Assembly: GCA_963675665.1 (NCBI GenBank)
Contig: OY776510.1
Location: forward strand, 1,056,001 to 1,120,000
From: Spirochaetia bacterium
Lineage (GTDB): Bacteria; Spirochaetota; Spirochaetia; UBA9216
Length of the DNA stretch: 64,000 nucleotides
Direction: 5' to 3'
Below the pieces are notes generated by a model that was given only the letters and a program-made list of their open reading frames with translations, ran no database searches and had not been told where the DNA came from. This document shows, piece by piece, positions 48,834 to 59,074 of this stretch (position 1 is its first letter; every line of letters starts with the position of its first letter). Position numbers and translations under genes: made by a program.

Positions 48834-51398
48834 TTACTCCTCGAACCTTATATTATCAATAATTGTTTTTTTATTTATCCTCTTTACGGGAAAATACCCG
48901 GCCGTAATTGTTATGATAAGAAGGCCGATTGCCGCAATGCCTATCTCCTGCCAGGGAATACGGAACACCGACATCCGTATATTGCTCATCTCTTTTATAA
49001 GCAGGTACCATAAGCCTGTGCCTGCAATGCTGCCGAGTAACAATGCCGAGCTGCTGTAAATAATGCATTCTTTGAGGATCAGCATCTTTAGCCCGGCTTT
49101 ATCCAGGCCGACCGCCCGAATGATCCCGAATTCTCTCGAGCGTATAAGAAGATTTGTGCTTATTGTATTGATGATATTCAGGCAGCTTATTAACGCTATA
49201 ACAAAGATAAAACCGTAGAAAAAAATATTTATTGCCTGCATTTCCCGGGAATTCTCATCAGCCTGAATCTGCGCGTCGATATAATTATAGCCTATCCGCG
49301 TATTTGCTATTTTATCAAGATATTCAACGAGAGCATCTTTATCGCCGTCGGGTTTCAATCTGATATAAATAGTCTGAATATCCGCGGCCCCGGTCAATTT
49401 CGCGTAAAGGGACTCGTTTACTACAATATCAATTCCGCCTACCGATTTATTAAAATCTTCATAATAGACATCCCTCAAAACACCGCTAATTGTTTCTTCC
49501 ATACAGGTTCCGTTAATATTGAGAATCAAATTTTCACCCGGGCGGTAACTGCTGTTCGGGAAATATGATTTTCTGCCGGATTTATTATAGAAAAGCCCTT
49601 GTTTTGTCAGCATGATACCCGATGAATTTCCGGATTCAAGATATTTCTCAATCTCGGGCAGAGCTGCGTCTCCGTAACAGATTATTCTGCAGTTCGGAAT
49701 ATGGATGCCTTCTTCGGTTTGTCTGAAAGAAGAAAGATCTTTTACGTAATCATAATAATATGATGATAATTTTTCCGGCTCTGCAATAATACTGATGTCC
49801 GTAGTTGTGTATTTGATTAACAGATCAATGTCTTCAAACGATTCCAGTTCATTTAAAATATCTTTAGAGACGGTACTGTCCGATTCCAGCATGAGTCCGG
49901 GCATGGTATTATCCTGGATCAGATACAGCGAACCGACAAGCCTGAGCATTCCTCCGAATGATACAAAAAGGACCACGCTGATCACCATTGAAAAAAGGGT
50001 AACGGCAAATCTTTTTCGATTGCGACTGATGTTTCGGTATGCCATGACGGTTGAAAACCTTCTGAAAAGGCCTCTGAATTTTATAAATCTCTGTTTTTTT
50101 ATTCTGTCATGATTATACATCCCGGTGCTTCTTACTGCCTCCATCGGCGGAATCTTTCCTGCAATAAAGGCCGGAGCGAGAACTGAAATAAAAACTGTTG
50201 CTGTACAGATAATAATTGAATAAAAAATAACCTTAGGAGAAATTACTATCTGAAGTCCCTCAAAAAGCGGATTTCTGCTGAGAATATCGGCAATAAGAAA
50301 AACCAGTTTCATTGCAATAAGTCCTGTGAATACACCGGGAGGAATCGCAGCAAGGCTGATCAGTCCCGCTTCTCCAAGCATCAGTTTTCTAATCTGACCG
50401 GGAGCTGCTCCGATGCACCTCATGATGCCGAATTGCGATATTCGTTCAATCAGGGAAATATTGAATGAATTATAAATAACCGCAATTGTTGCAATAACAA
50501 TGATTGCAACAACTATAAATTCAAAACCCAGGATACTTGTTCTGACGTTATCATCTATACTATTGCCTGAAAAATTCAGCAACCTGTGGTTGTAAAGTAT
50601 TTCGGAACGGTCAAGACCGATAGCGGCGGCGATCGTTTCAGCCGTCGCTTTCGCAGAAGCCGGATCTTTCAGCAGAACAAGCATATTAAACCGATCCTCG
50701 GGCGACGGTTCGGAAAGGTCTTTATATATCACAGCGTTTAAAGAATAATTTTCAGACATATAAAAGTCTTCCGACAGGATTCCTGTTATCGTAAATACCC
50801 GGTCTCCTTCGTAATCAAAATGCTCCTGCGGATCTTCCTCTTTTTCATCAATAGATAAAGGATAAAGGTGGCTTGTAATTATGGAATTATCAGAGTTCTT
50901 TCTGCGTTGCCCTGTTTTAAGACGGATGAGACTATCTGTTTTTATATCCTTTCCGAGAATTTTTATTACGCTTTCTTCAACTGCAATTTCATTTGAACTC
51001 AGCGGTAACCTGCCTTCGATTAGCCGGTCTTTCATCTGCAGCATTTTCATAGCGTTTTCGTCATTCTGATTAAGGCGAAGCAGCCGGTACGGAATCTCAT
51101 CGTCGCCGGTTTCGGCAAGAACTGAAAAGCCGGCGATCTTTCCGGAGCAGCTTTTTTCCACAGCTATATGGTTTCTGATTAAAAAGGCCTGCTGCGCATC
51201 AACGTTTTTAAAGCAAACATGGAAATTCCCTTCGCTTTTAACGGCACTTTGTATCATCTGGTTTTTTACGCTTTCTATTATTGTTCCTGTTCCGGTTATC
51301 AGGGCTGCCGACATAAGAACGCCTAGAATATTTAAAATTGTGCGTTTCTTCTGTTTTTTAAGATACCTGAACGACAGGCGGTCATATGAACTTATCAT
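48834..51398 (-). CDS. FtsX/MacB-type ABC permease (two FtsX repeats)
   Basis: ER..QFGIMRCIGA and R.REFGIIRAVG motifs, large extracytoplasmic loops. Confidence 0.9.
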   Translation of the reverse strand: MISSYDRLSFRYLKKQKKRTILNILGVLMSAALITGTGTIIESVKNQMIQSAVKSEGNFHVCFKNVDAQQAFLIRNHIAVEKSCSGKIAGFSVLAETGDDEIPYRLLRLNQNDENAMKMLQMKDRLIEGRLPLSSNEIAVEESVIKILGKDIKTDSLIRLKTGQRRKNSDNSIITSHLYPLSIDEKEEDPQEHFDYEGDRVFTITGILSEDFYMSENYSLNAVIYKDLSEPSPEDRFNMLVLLKDPASAKATAETIAAAIGLDRSEILYNHRLLNFSGNSIDDNVRTSILGFEFIVVAIIVIATIAVIYNSFNISLIERISQFGIMRCIGAAPGQIRKLMLGEAGLISLAAIPPGVFTGLIAMKLVFLIADILSRNPLFEGLQIVISPKVIFYSIIICTATVFISVLAPAFIAGKIPPMEAVRSTGMYNHDRIKKQRFIKFRGLFRRFSTVMAYRNISRNRKRFAVTLFSMVISVVLFVSFGGMLRLVGSLYLIQDNTMPGLMLESDSTVSKDILNELESFEDIDLLIKYTTTDISIIAEPEKLSSYYYDYVKDLSSFRQTEEGIHIPNCRIICYGDAALPEIEKYLESGNSSGIMLTKQGLFYNKSGRKSYFPNSSYRPGENLILNINGTCMEETISGVLRDVYYEDFNKSVGGIDIVVNESLYAKLTGAADIQTIYIRLKPDGDKDALVEYLDKIANTRIGYNYIDAQIQADENSREMQAINIFFYGFIFVIALISCLNIINTISTNLLIRSREFGIIRAVGLDKAGLKMLILKECIIYSSSALLLGSIAGTGLWYLLIKEMSNIRMSVFRIPWQEIGIAAIGLLIITITAGYFPVKRINKKTIIDNIRFEE

Positions 51399-52075
51399 CT
51401 GATACCCCTGTCCTGTACTATCCGGCCGTCATCTACAGTCAGAACTCTGTCCGCTTCACAGGCTAGCTCGTTATCGTGTGTAACAAGAAGAAGGGTCTGG
51501 TCGAGCTTTCGACAGGTCAGTTTCAGTAAATCCATTATATCGCGGCTGTTCTTGCTGTCGAGATTTCCGGTAGGCTCATCCGCCAGTACTATCGACGGCC
51601 GTGATATCAACGCTCTGCCTATTGATACCCGCTGCTGCTGTCCTCCGGAGAGCTGAGACGGAAGGTGCTCTCTCCGGTTTGTCAGGCCCAGCAGATTCAG
51701 CAGTTCATCAAGATAATCCCTGTCAATCTTTTGTCTGTCCATCAGCAGCGGCATTGCAATATTTTCCTCGGCTGATAATACCGGAAGCAGATTATTAAAC
51801 TGAAAAATAAAACCTATTTTTCTTCTTCTCAGAACAGCAAGCTGTTTCTCCGGATATTCGTAAATATCTTCGTTGTCGATAAAAACCTTTCCGTTGTCCG
51901 GCCTGTCTACTGCACCTATAAGATGTAGAAGCGTGCTTTTCCCTGAACCGCTTTGCCCGACTACAGAAATAAATTCTCCCTTTTCTATTGAGAGATCTAC
52001 ATCAACCAGAGCATTTACTCTGGTTTCTCCCATACCGTACCATTTGCTCAATTTCTTTGTTCTTACTATTTCCAT
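51395..52075 (-). CDS. LolD/MacB-type ABC ATP-binding protein
   Basis: GQSGSGKST, LSGGQQQR, ADEPTGNLD. Confidence 0.95.
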   Translation of the reverse strand: MEIVRTKKLSKWYGMGETRVNALVDVDLSIEKGEFISVVGQSGSGKSTLLHLIGAVDRPDNGKVFIDNEDIYEYPEKQLAVLRRRKIGFIFQFNNLLPVLSAEENIAMPLLMDRQKIDRDYLDELLNLLGLTNRREHLPSQLSGGQQQRVSIGRALISRPSIVLADEPTGNLDSKNSRDIMDLLKLTCRKLDQTLLLVTHDNELACEADRVLTVDDGRIVQDRGIR

Positions 52076-52098
52076 ATATTCCTCAATTTATGATAGGT

Positions 52099-52154
52099 AT
52101 TATAGGGAGAGAATCTTTCAATATGGTGAATTTGAACCTTACAGTTCAGTAAGG
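52099..52154 (-). promoter_or_regulatory. Internal promoter with inverted repeat, putative response-regulator site for the ABC genes
   Basis: CCTTAC-agttca-GTAAGG (52137-52154) and minus-strand TATAAT at 52099-52104. Confidence 0.5.
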
Positions 52155-53402
52155 TAAGGTAATTATAAACTCGGCCCCGTTTCCGTCTGATCCTGAAGCC
52201 CTTATATCGCCGTTGTGCGCTTCGGTGATCATTTTGGCAAGAGACAGTCCTATTCCAACATTTTGCATGCCGGTAGAGTTGCTTCCTTTATAAAAACGTT
52301 CAAATATCCTAGGCAGTTCCGCTTCCGGAATGCCTGATCCGTTATCCTTTACGGATATTTTTAAAAAAAGCGGAGTATCTGACAAGGTGATTCTGATGAC
52401 TCCCCGCTGAGGATTTACATGTTGAATTGCATTTTTCAGAATATTGATAAATGCTTCACGAAGCCAGTTTGTATCTCCGGGAATCATGTGTATTTCATTT
52501 CTGTTATCCGAAATGCTCAAATTTATTTCCCCGGCAAGCGGTTGAAGATTTTCTACAGCCCTGTTTATCGGTTCAAGGATATTCAACGGGGTTTTTTCAA
52601 ACGAAATTGCTCCGGCTCCGAGTTTTCCTAACTGTAGAAGACTTTTTATCAGCCATTCAAGGCGTTCCAGCTGGTTTCTGCAGACCGTAAGGAATTCAGC
52701 CCGTCTGGCTTCTTCCATATGCGGTTCTTCTATCATAAGATCGTTATACATAATCAGTGAAGCTAGCGGAGTTTTCAACTGATGTGATATATCAGATATT
52801 ATATTACGCAGAAACAGCTTTTCTCCGGAAAGTTTTTCGGTTGACGACTGAACCAGTTTTACCATCTGATTAAATCTACAAACAAAAAGATCGACAATTC
52901 CTTCTTTGTGCTTTGTTTTTCCAAAAGCCGGCTTTCCGTCCAGAATGGAAATAATACAATCGGAAAGTTCAGCTATTCTGCTGTAAAGTCTTTTCTGATT
53001 GAATAAAAATCCTGAATAATTAAGAGCTGTTATTATTAGCGCAAGAATACCGAACCCTGTAACAACAGAAGGCAGCATTCCTGAATAAACCGGATTAGGA
53101 TTTTTCAGGCTGCCGGAAAGATACCCGAAACGGGCAAGATATTCTTTTCCGGGTTGTACGGAGAGTCCCGGGGCGTCCTCCAGAAGCACCGGGATGACTT
53201 TTTCAAGACTTCCGGGATAATCATTCTCAATTACTGCCGCAATTCTGAAGATTCTTTCGTCGATTCGCACGTTAATCTGATAAAGCAGAACCGTGATGAA
53301 GCCCGCAGTGAGTATCAACCCGGCAATCTGTATAAACAGCAGGGTAATTAAATGCCTTCTGTAATCCGGTGTATTGATCAGTTGATGATTTGTTATCGCC
53401 AT
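52146..53402 (-). CDS. Sensor histidine kinase
   Basis: 2 TM, SDISHQLKTPL, NILKNA, DNGSG, GIGLS. Confidence 0.9.
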   Translation of the reverse strand: MAITNHQLINTPDYRRHLITLLFIQIAGLILTAGFITVLLYQINVRIDERIFRIAAVIENDYPGSLEKVIPVLLEDAPGLSVQPGKEYLARFGYLSGSLKNPNPVYSGMLPSVVTGFGILALIITALNYSGFLFNQKRLYSRIAELSDCIISILDGKPAFGKTKHKEGIVDLFVCRFNQMVKLVQSSTEKLSGEKLFLRNIISDISHQLKTPLASLIMYNDLMIEEPHMEEARRAEFLTVCRNQLERLEWLIKSLLQLGKLGAGAISFEKTPLNILEPINRAVENLQPLAGEINLSISDNRNEIHMIPGDTNWLREAFINILKNAIQHVNPQRGVIRITLSDTPLFLKISVKDNGSGIPEAELPRIFERFYKGSNSTGMQNVGIGLSLAKMITEAHNGDIRASGSDGNGAEFIITLPY

Positions 53403-54082
53403 CTGTATCCTGTTCCTCTTATTGTTTCTATGTATTCCGGATTTGCCGGATCTTTTTCGATTTTTTCGCGAAGCCGCCTGATATATACCGACAGTGTGTT
53501 GGAGTCTACAAAATGATCGTTACTATCCCAGAGTTGTTCAAGCAGCTTGTCGCGCATTACAATATTGCCTTTATTTTCAAGAAGAACATTTACCAGCCGG
53601 AATTCTGTTGATGTAAGCTGCAGATCGCTGCTGTTTTTATAAAATCTTGCCGCCCCGCGGTCTATTGTAAAAGGGCCGTCGGAATAAAGATTTCTGCTTT
53701 GCCGTGGAGCTGAGTTTCGTCTCAGCACAGCATTTATTCTCGAAATCAGTTCGTTTACACGAAAGGGCTTTGATATATAGTCGTCTCCGCCTATGTCCAG
53801 ACCCATAACTACATTTACTTCTTCATCACATGCGGTTAAAAAGATTACAGGAAGATTTGAATCCTTGCGTATCATTCGGCAAAGGTCGTAACCATTTCCG
53901 TCTGGCAGATTTATATCAAGAAGAACTATTTCATAGCTTTTCTCAATACTTGCCGACCGGTAAAGATTCATAAATTCCGAGACGGTAAACACGGTTTTTA
54001 TTGAAAAACCGCTTTTCTTCAAAGCGTATTCAAGACCGTTCGCCAGTGATATGTCGTCTTCTACAAGCAAAACACTTTTCAT
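53393..54082 (-). CDS. OmpR-family response regulator
   Basis: VEDD, LDINLPDG, KPF, NTLSVYIRRLREK. Confidence 0.95.
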   Translation of the reverse strand: MKSVLLVEDDISLANGLEYALKKSGFSIKTVFTVSEFMNLYRSASIEKSYEIVLLDINLPDGNGYDLCRMIRKDSNLPVIFLTACDEEVNVVMGLDIGGDDYISKPFRVNELISRINAVLRRNSAPRQSRNLYSDGPFTIDRGAARFYKNSSDLQLTSTEFRLVNVLLENKGNIVMRDKLLEQLWDSNDHFVDSNTLSVYIRRLREKIEKDPANPEYIETIRGTGYRWR

Positions 54083-54092
54083 GTTTTTTACC

Positions 54093-55244
54093 TTATTGTT
54101 GATGGACCCTGTTGAGGAAGTCCATAATCGCCCGCTCCGACGGCGGGCAGCCGTTGATAAAAACCGGTGCGCCTTTCGTACATATGCCGACCCCGATTTT
54201 CCCTTCCGGCAGGTCTGTTCCGCGGAAATCCTGCCCGATACAGATTGAGCCGCGGGTAAACCTGTCGACGGCCTCGGGGTTTGCGGCCTTTATCCTGCGC
54301 AGGGCGCCTGCAAGGTTTCCGAAACAGGCTGAGCAGGCTGAGCGCTGATCTACAATTTTATTAATCCAGTTTTTTACAGCGGAAGCTTCGGTTTCATTAC
54401 GGCTTCCGATGTTTACGACCGTCTGCTTTTGTCTGCCGCCGGGGTTCGTTATATCTTCTTTTGAGACGGAGGAAGTGCCGACCCCGTATGATTCCGCTAT
54501 GGCTATATATTTAACAGCAGTCTTATCAATATCAAGAAGGCTGCAAGCATAGCTGTCGATTGAAACCGAATCTCTGCCGAGCAGGAGCAGGTCTCTCTTC
54601 TCCGGGCTGCCGCCTTCTTCCCAGTACGGGTCTCCGTTTAAGCCGTCGACAAGGGTGAAGGCGGGTTTGATAACCGTATTCAGCAAGGCTACCGGCATAT
54701 GGACGCCGAGGCTGTGGTAGCGCCGTTTCTCACTGTCGGGGATGCAGCCTTTCAGATTTTTAAGCGCGCATGTCAGTTTTGTCTGTCCGTGCCCTTTGAG
54801 TACCGGAAGATTTACCAGGCTGCCGCCGTTTTGCCGTAATTCGACAACAGTTCTGCATATTTTGAGTTTTTCGCCCTGCGTTTCGATTTCTGTAAAGTCG
54901 TCTTTCTGAAGATCAATCAGCTTTACGCCGTAATGTTTAGAAAGGGCTGTATAACCGCAGGCCTTATAGGCTTTAACTGTTGAATCACCCACCCATGAGC
55001 CTTCGGTGATTGAAATTCGGTAATATCCCTTTTCTTTTAAGTATTCAATCACTGCAGCAACAATTTCAGGATGAGTTGTCGCCCCTCCTGATGCAGGCTT
55101 GCTTACAACAAGGTTTGGTTTGAGCAGAATCGGGGCTTCTTTCAATCCTAGCCAGTCGCAGGCTCCGGCTGAATCAAGCAGCTTGAAGATGTCTTTTGTA
55201 AGTTTACTTCTGTCTTTATTTAGAATTTGCCATATAACACTCAT
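54093..55244 (-). CDS. DUF362 Fe-S protein
   Basis: LKPNLV, TTHP, LPVLKGH..T..T.ALKNLKG; C-terminal ACSAC, CIGQ, GIC, GCPP. Confidence 0.85.
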   Translation of the reverse strand: MSVIWQILNKDRSKLTKDIFKLLDSAGACDWLGLKEAPILLKPNLVVSKPASGGATTHPEIVAAVIEYLKEKGYYRISITEGSWVGDSTVKAYKACGYTALSKHYGVKLIDLQKDDFTEIETQGEKLKICRTVVELRQNGGSLVNLPVLKGHGQTKLTCALKNLKGCIPDSEKRRYHSLGVHMPVALLNTVIKPAFTLVDGLNGDPYWEEGGSPEKRDLLLLGRDSVSIDSYACSLLDIDKTAVKYIAIAESYGVGTSSVSKEDITNPGGRQKQTVVNIGSRNETEASAVKNWINKIVDQRSACSACFGNLAGALRRIKAANPEAVDRFTRGSICIGQDFRGTDLPEGKIGVGICTKGAPVFINGCPPSERAIMDFLNRVHQQ

Positions 55245-56578
55245 TGTCCTTTACTATAAACAGTTGTTTCAGGCATGTCAAAGACGATAGTACTGCCTTC
55301 AATTCTAATAACATCTCCGGGAGCAAGCTTTTTGTTTTTCAATTTACGGTTGTTGACATGAACAGGTTTTTCGCTTACCAGGGTATATGTTCCGGTTTTT
55401 GCATCATTAAGAATTGTTGCATGATGAGCATCAACCCCCGGGTTTCCGGCGATTGTATAATCAGCATCCTTATCGGCCCCGATTATTGTGGCTTCGCCGC
55501 TCAGAACTGTTTTTCCGCCTGTTCCTACGGATTGAATTTGTGCTTCGCCTACCGCTTTTTCATAAGGTATTAAATACAGCGCGGCAAGGCCTCCCGTTCC
55601 GCAGAAAAGTATTATCAGAATAATCAGAAGATGCTGCCCCGAGGATGTTCCGAACAGTGCCGGTGTAAGCACGGTGCGGCTGTCGCTGTTTCCGTCGTAT
55701 TCAACAGAGATCTTTGCGGAAGTATTTTTAAACGGGGGCGCTGCTACCGTAATTCTGTATTCTTTCAGAATTCTGTCCCTGATTTCGGTATAAACGTTTT
55801 CTATTTCGTTTGTCGATCTGACATCATAAAAACTGCCGCCGGTTTGCATGCATATCCTTTGAAGTTCCGCGTCGCGATTGTCCGAAATATTAATCCCGTC
55901 GAGAGAGATTCCTGCGTTGTGAAATAATCTGATTAAATCATCCGGTGCTGCTGTAGTGCTTCCCCATACAGAGTTTAGTTTACCGGTCCGGTTGTATAAT
56001 GAAAAATTTTCTCCGTCCGAGAGAACAATGACGGCCTTTCGCCCGCCTTCTTTCGGGAATAGCGACGTTATTTCAGCAAGGGAATTGTACAGTTCTGTAT
56101 AAGCTTCATCGGGCCGAGGTTGCCTCAGCGCCGATATGCTCCGCCTTATCTCTGCAGGGTTTGACCCGAACCCGGCAAGTTTGTCAAGATTTGTATTGAA
56201 TGCATAAACAGCGGCACGATCTTCGGATGAATCCATCTGATCCAGAAACGAATTAAGAGCAAGTTTTGCCTGGGCTATTCTTATACTGCCCTGATAACTT
56301 TCGTCATACATTGAACCCGAGTTGTCTATAAGAAGAAGAAAATCAATGCCGGCGTTTTTATTGGGCGCCGATTCAAAGGATATTATCTCAAGAAGTCCCA
56401 GATCTTTTTCAGTTACCTGAAAATTTTCAGCAAGGGCGTCTTCAGGCGCTGTGAAATAGATATCCATCCGGCCTTTCAGCAGGAGGTGGTTGGTGTCAAT
56501 CTGGCTGATCTTCACTTCCTGTGCTGAAAGAGGAAAAAGAAAAGCGGATATAATAAAAACAAAAAGCAGTTTTTTCAT
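55241..56578 (-). CDS. Secreted vWA domain + TM + cytoplasmic FHA-like domain
   Basis: Signal peptide, MIDAS DNSGS/T/LSDG, TGG motif, TM helix, C-terminal L.PGDVIRI FHA-like fold. Confidence 0.8.
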   Translation of the reverse strand: MKKLLFVFIISAFLFPLSAQEVKISQIDTNHLLLKGRMDIYFTAPEDALAENFQVTEKDLGLLEIISFESAPNKNAGIDFLLLIDNSGSMYDESYQGSIRIAQAKLALNSFLDQMDSSEDRAAVYAFNTNLDKLAGFGSNPAEIRRSISALRQPRPDEAYTELYNSLAEITSLFPKEGGRKAVIVLSDGENFSLYNRTGKLNSVWGSTTAAPDDLIRLFHNAGISLDGINISDNRDAELQRICMQTGGSFYDVRSTNEIENVYTEIRDRILKEYRITVAAPPFKNTSAKISVEYDGNSDSRTVLTPALFGTSSGQHLLIILIILFCGTGGLAALYLIPYEKAVGEAQIQSVGTGGKTVLSGEATIIGADKDADYTIAGNPGVDAHHATILNDAKTGTYTLVSEKPVHVNNRKLKNKKLAPGDVIRIEGSTIVFDMPETTVYSKGQ

Positions 56579-56593
56579 GGAATTTCTCTCCTG

Positions 56594-57493
56594 TCAGCCA
56601 GGCAGATACAATAGTTTAAGGCTTCCCAGCTGAATCACATCCTGATATTTAAGATATTTTTTGCCTGATACGGGCTTATCGTTAAGAAGAGTAACTTCAG
56701 TATTCTCCGGGAGCGCAGGGGTTTCTGAAGGTTCAAAGAAAATCTCGTAACCGTCTTTTTCAACCACGGTTTTAGGTATCGACTTGTACCCATGGATATA
56801 AATATCGCTTCTCATTGCAGGGCCGACAACGGTCCTTTTTTTAATCAGCAGATACTCCCTGTTTTTTAATTTGCCGTTAAGAACTTTCAATCTTCCGTAA
56901 CTGAACCTGCGTTCAAATTCCCCGAGAAAAACCCCTATGAGTATACCCATTGCGGCAAGCCCGGAAGCGCGGACCGCGAAATTCTGCGGGTAATAGACGG
57001 TTAAAAACCCGTAAAGCAGACCCCCGGTCAAACCTCCCGCAAGCCCTCCGAGGATACCGGCTACAGCTCTTCTTGCTGTTTTCTTCAGTATTCCGTCGAT
57101 AGCGCCTATGGAGATTCCCATAAACATCCACCCTGTTCCGCGCCAGATCGGCAGTATAAGATCTATTGATTTTTCATAATCCATGTTAAGCAGATTGGCG
57201 CTGAAAAGCATTCCCCGGGATGCTGTTATCTGTGAAGCTGCAGCTATTATCGCCCCGGTCGCAGCTGAAACAGCTGCATTAAATATTCCGCTCTTTAATT
57301 CCTTATATACTATTGCGTCAGTAAAACCGAAAGTGAATCCGAAAATCAATCCCAGGGCAGCCCCCTGCAGCAGAGACAGTTGAAGATAACTTTTAAACCC
57401 GGAAATATTCATTATTTCGATGATTGAAAATGCTGTCAGTCCGGCACATAATCCCGTTAATATATAAACAATCGTTTTATTTCTTTGTGTCAT
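56594..57493 (-). CDS. Gly-rich multi-TM membrane protein with C-terminal FHA-like domain
   Basis: About 6 GxxxG-rich TM helices; L.VLNG...RE..L and L...DVIQLG FHA-like strands. Confidence 0.7.
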   Translation of the reverse strand: MTQRNKTIVYILTGLCAGLTAFSIIEIMNISGFKSYLQLSLLQGAALGLIFGFTFGFTDAIVYKELKSGIFNAAVSAATGAIIAAASQITASRGMLFSANLLNMDYEKSIDLILPIWRGTGWMFMGISIGAIDGILKKTARRAVAGILGGLAGGLTGGLLYGFLTVYYPQNFAVRASGLAAMGILIGVFLGEFERRFSYGRLKVLNGKLKNREYLLIKKRTVVGPAMRSDIYIHGYKSIPKTVVEKDGYEIFFEPSETPALPENTEVTLLNDKPVSGKKYLKYQDVIQLGSLKLLYLPG

Positions 57494-57502
57494 GTTTTCT
57501 CC

Positions 57503-59065
57503 TTAATTGTTAAGCGGAACCAGTTCCGTCTGAAAATGGACTGAAATCTGCCCGGCTTTTATGTTCAGAACCCATTCCTGTTTTTCATAGCCGTCCGCCG
57601 TCATTCGGAAGTTGCAGACCTCACCCGACAGAACCACAGTGTCTTTAACCGGTATAAATTCTCCGTTCCGGTAGACCTCGAGAACCGTTTTTCCGGAGAG
57701 ATCCCAACCGCTTTCGGCGTCGAGGACCTGAAAGGTCAGTTTTACAGGCGCAGGCATTGTCGGGGGTAAGGAAAGCAGTATTTCAGAACCGCGTCCGGCT
57801 TTTTCCCACGGTACTATCCGAAAAGAGTTCCAGATTATTTTTTCGCCTATAAGAGTTTTTGCCCTGTATTTTCCTTCAGGCAGGTATAACGGCAGTGAAT
57901 AATATCTTTCTTTAAAAGGCAGATACCGGACCTTCAATCCTGCCGCCGGAATATCTTTTCCGTCGTCGAGAAAGATCTCAGTATGCGGGATTACAGTTGA
58001 GTCCGAATCCGGGATGTCTGAAGAGAATCTCACCTGTCCGAACCCGGAAGGAGATAATATCCGTTTATGCAGATCTGTCATACTGCTTAAGCCTGCAAAA
58101 GAAGCTGATAAGACAGCAATAATAATCACAGCCGCGATTACCGGTTTGAACATTTTTTTATTTTTCTTTTTCAGCGGAGGCGCGGTTTCCTCCTTAATCA
58201 GAAGACGAAGATGTTCTTTTAAATCTTCGGTTTTATAGGCAGCCAGCCATTTCCCGAGTTTAATGATCAACCGGTCAATATTTTTATACCTGGATCCGGG
58301 CTTTGGCTTTATCAGCGAACGGATAATTCTTTGCAGTTCGGACGCAATTGACGGGTTTATCTTTCCCGGTTTTTTATATTTTCCCTTCCTGATCATCCTC
58401 ATTGTTTCCGGTGTGAACCCGCCGGGGAATGGTTTAAGTCCCGTAAGCATTTCATACATCATTATGCCCAGCGAATATAAATCAGCCCTGTAGTCGACAG
58501 TTCGTGAGTTCTCAAACTGTTCGGGCGCCATATAAGCCGGGGTTCCCAGGGTTGTCCCGTCGGCGGTCAGGCTGTCTTCTCCCGTGTCCGGGTTTCCTGC
58601 AGACGCAATACCGAAGTCGGCAAGTTTTATTTCACCGTCCCTGGATATTAAAACATTGGCGGGTTTGATGTCCCTGTGAACAACACCCCTGGAATGTGCA
58701 TATTTCAATGCTTTTGCAGTATAAAGCGTAATGTATGCAGCGGTACAGTTGTCAAGATAGCGCTGCTGCTCAATCAGCTCCTTAACCGACATCCCGTCGA
58801 TATATTCCATTACAATATAATGGCTTCGGCCCTGAATAAAATGGTCCTGAACATCAACAATATTATCGTTTCTGAAATCAAGGAGGATTTTTGCTTCGCG
58901 TCTGAAACGTTCGGTTATTGTTGCATTGCCTCTGAGCGTCAGTTTCTTCAGGATTACCGGACGGTCAAGGGTTGGGTGAATACCTTTATAAACAGCGCCC
59001 ATTCCGCCTTCGGCAACAAGTTCTTCTATCCGGTATTTATCAATTTTATCAGGTATTCTGGCCAT
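57503..59065 (-). CDS. Hanks-type Ser/Thr protein kinase, membrane anchored
   Basis: GGMGAVY, LKKL, HRDIKPAN, DFG, GTPAYMAPE; basic stretch + TM + extracytoplasmic domain. Confidence 0.95.
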   Translation of the reverse strand: MARIPDKIDKYRIEELVAEGGMGAVYKGIHPTLDRPVILKKLTLRGNATITERFRREAKILLDFRNDNIVDVQDHFIQGRSHYIVMEYIDGMSVKELIEQQRYLDNCTAAYITLYTAKALKYAHSRGVVHRDIKPANVLISRDGEIKLADFGIASAGNPDTGEDSLTADGTTLGTPAYMAPEQFENSRTVDYRADLYSLGIMMYEMLTGLKPFPGGFTPETMRMIRKGKYKKPGKINPSIASELQRIIRSLIKPKPGSRYKNIDRLIIKLGKWLAAYKTEDLKEHLRLLIKEETAPPLKKKNKKMFKPVIAAVIIIAVLSASFAGLSSMTDLHKRILSPSGFGQVRFSSDIPDSDSTVIPHTEIFLDDGKDIPAAGLKVRYLPFKERYYSLPLYLPEGKYRAKTLIGEKIIWNSFRIVPWEKAGRGSEILLSLPPTMPAPVKLTFQVLDAESGWDLSGKTVLEVYRNGEFIPVKDTVVLSGEVCNFRMTADGYEKQEWVLNIKAGQISVHFQTELVPLNN

Positions 59066-59074
59066 AATTCTCCC

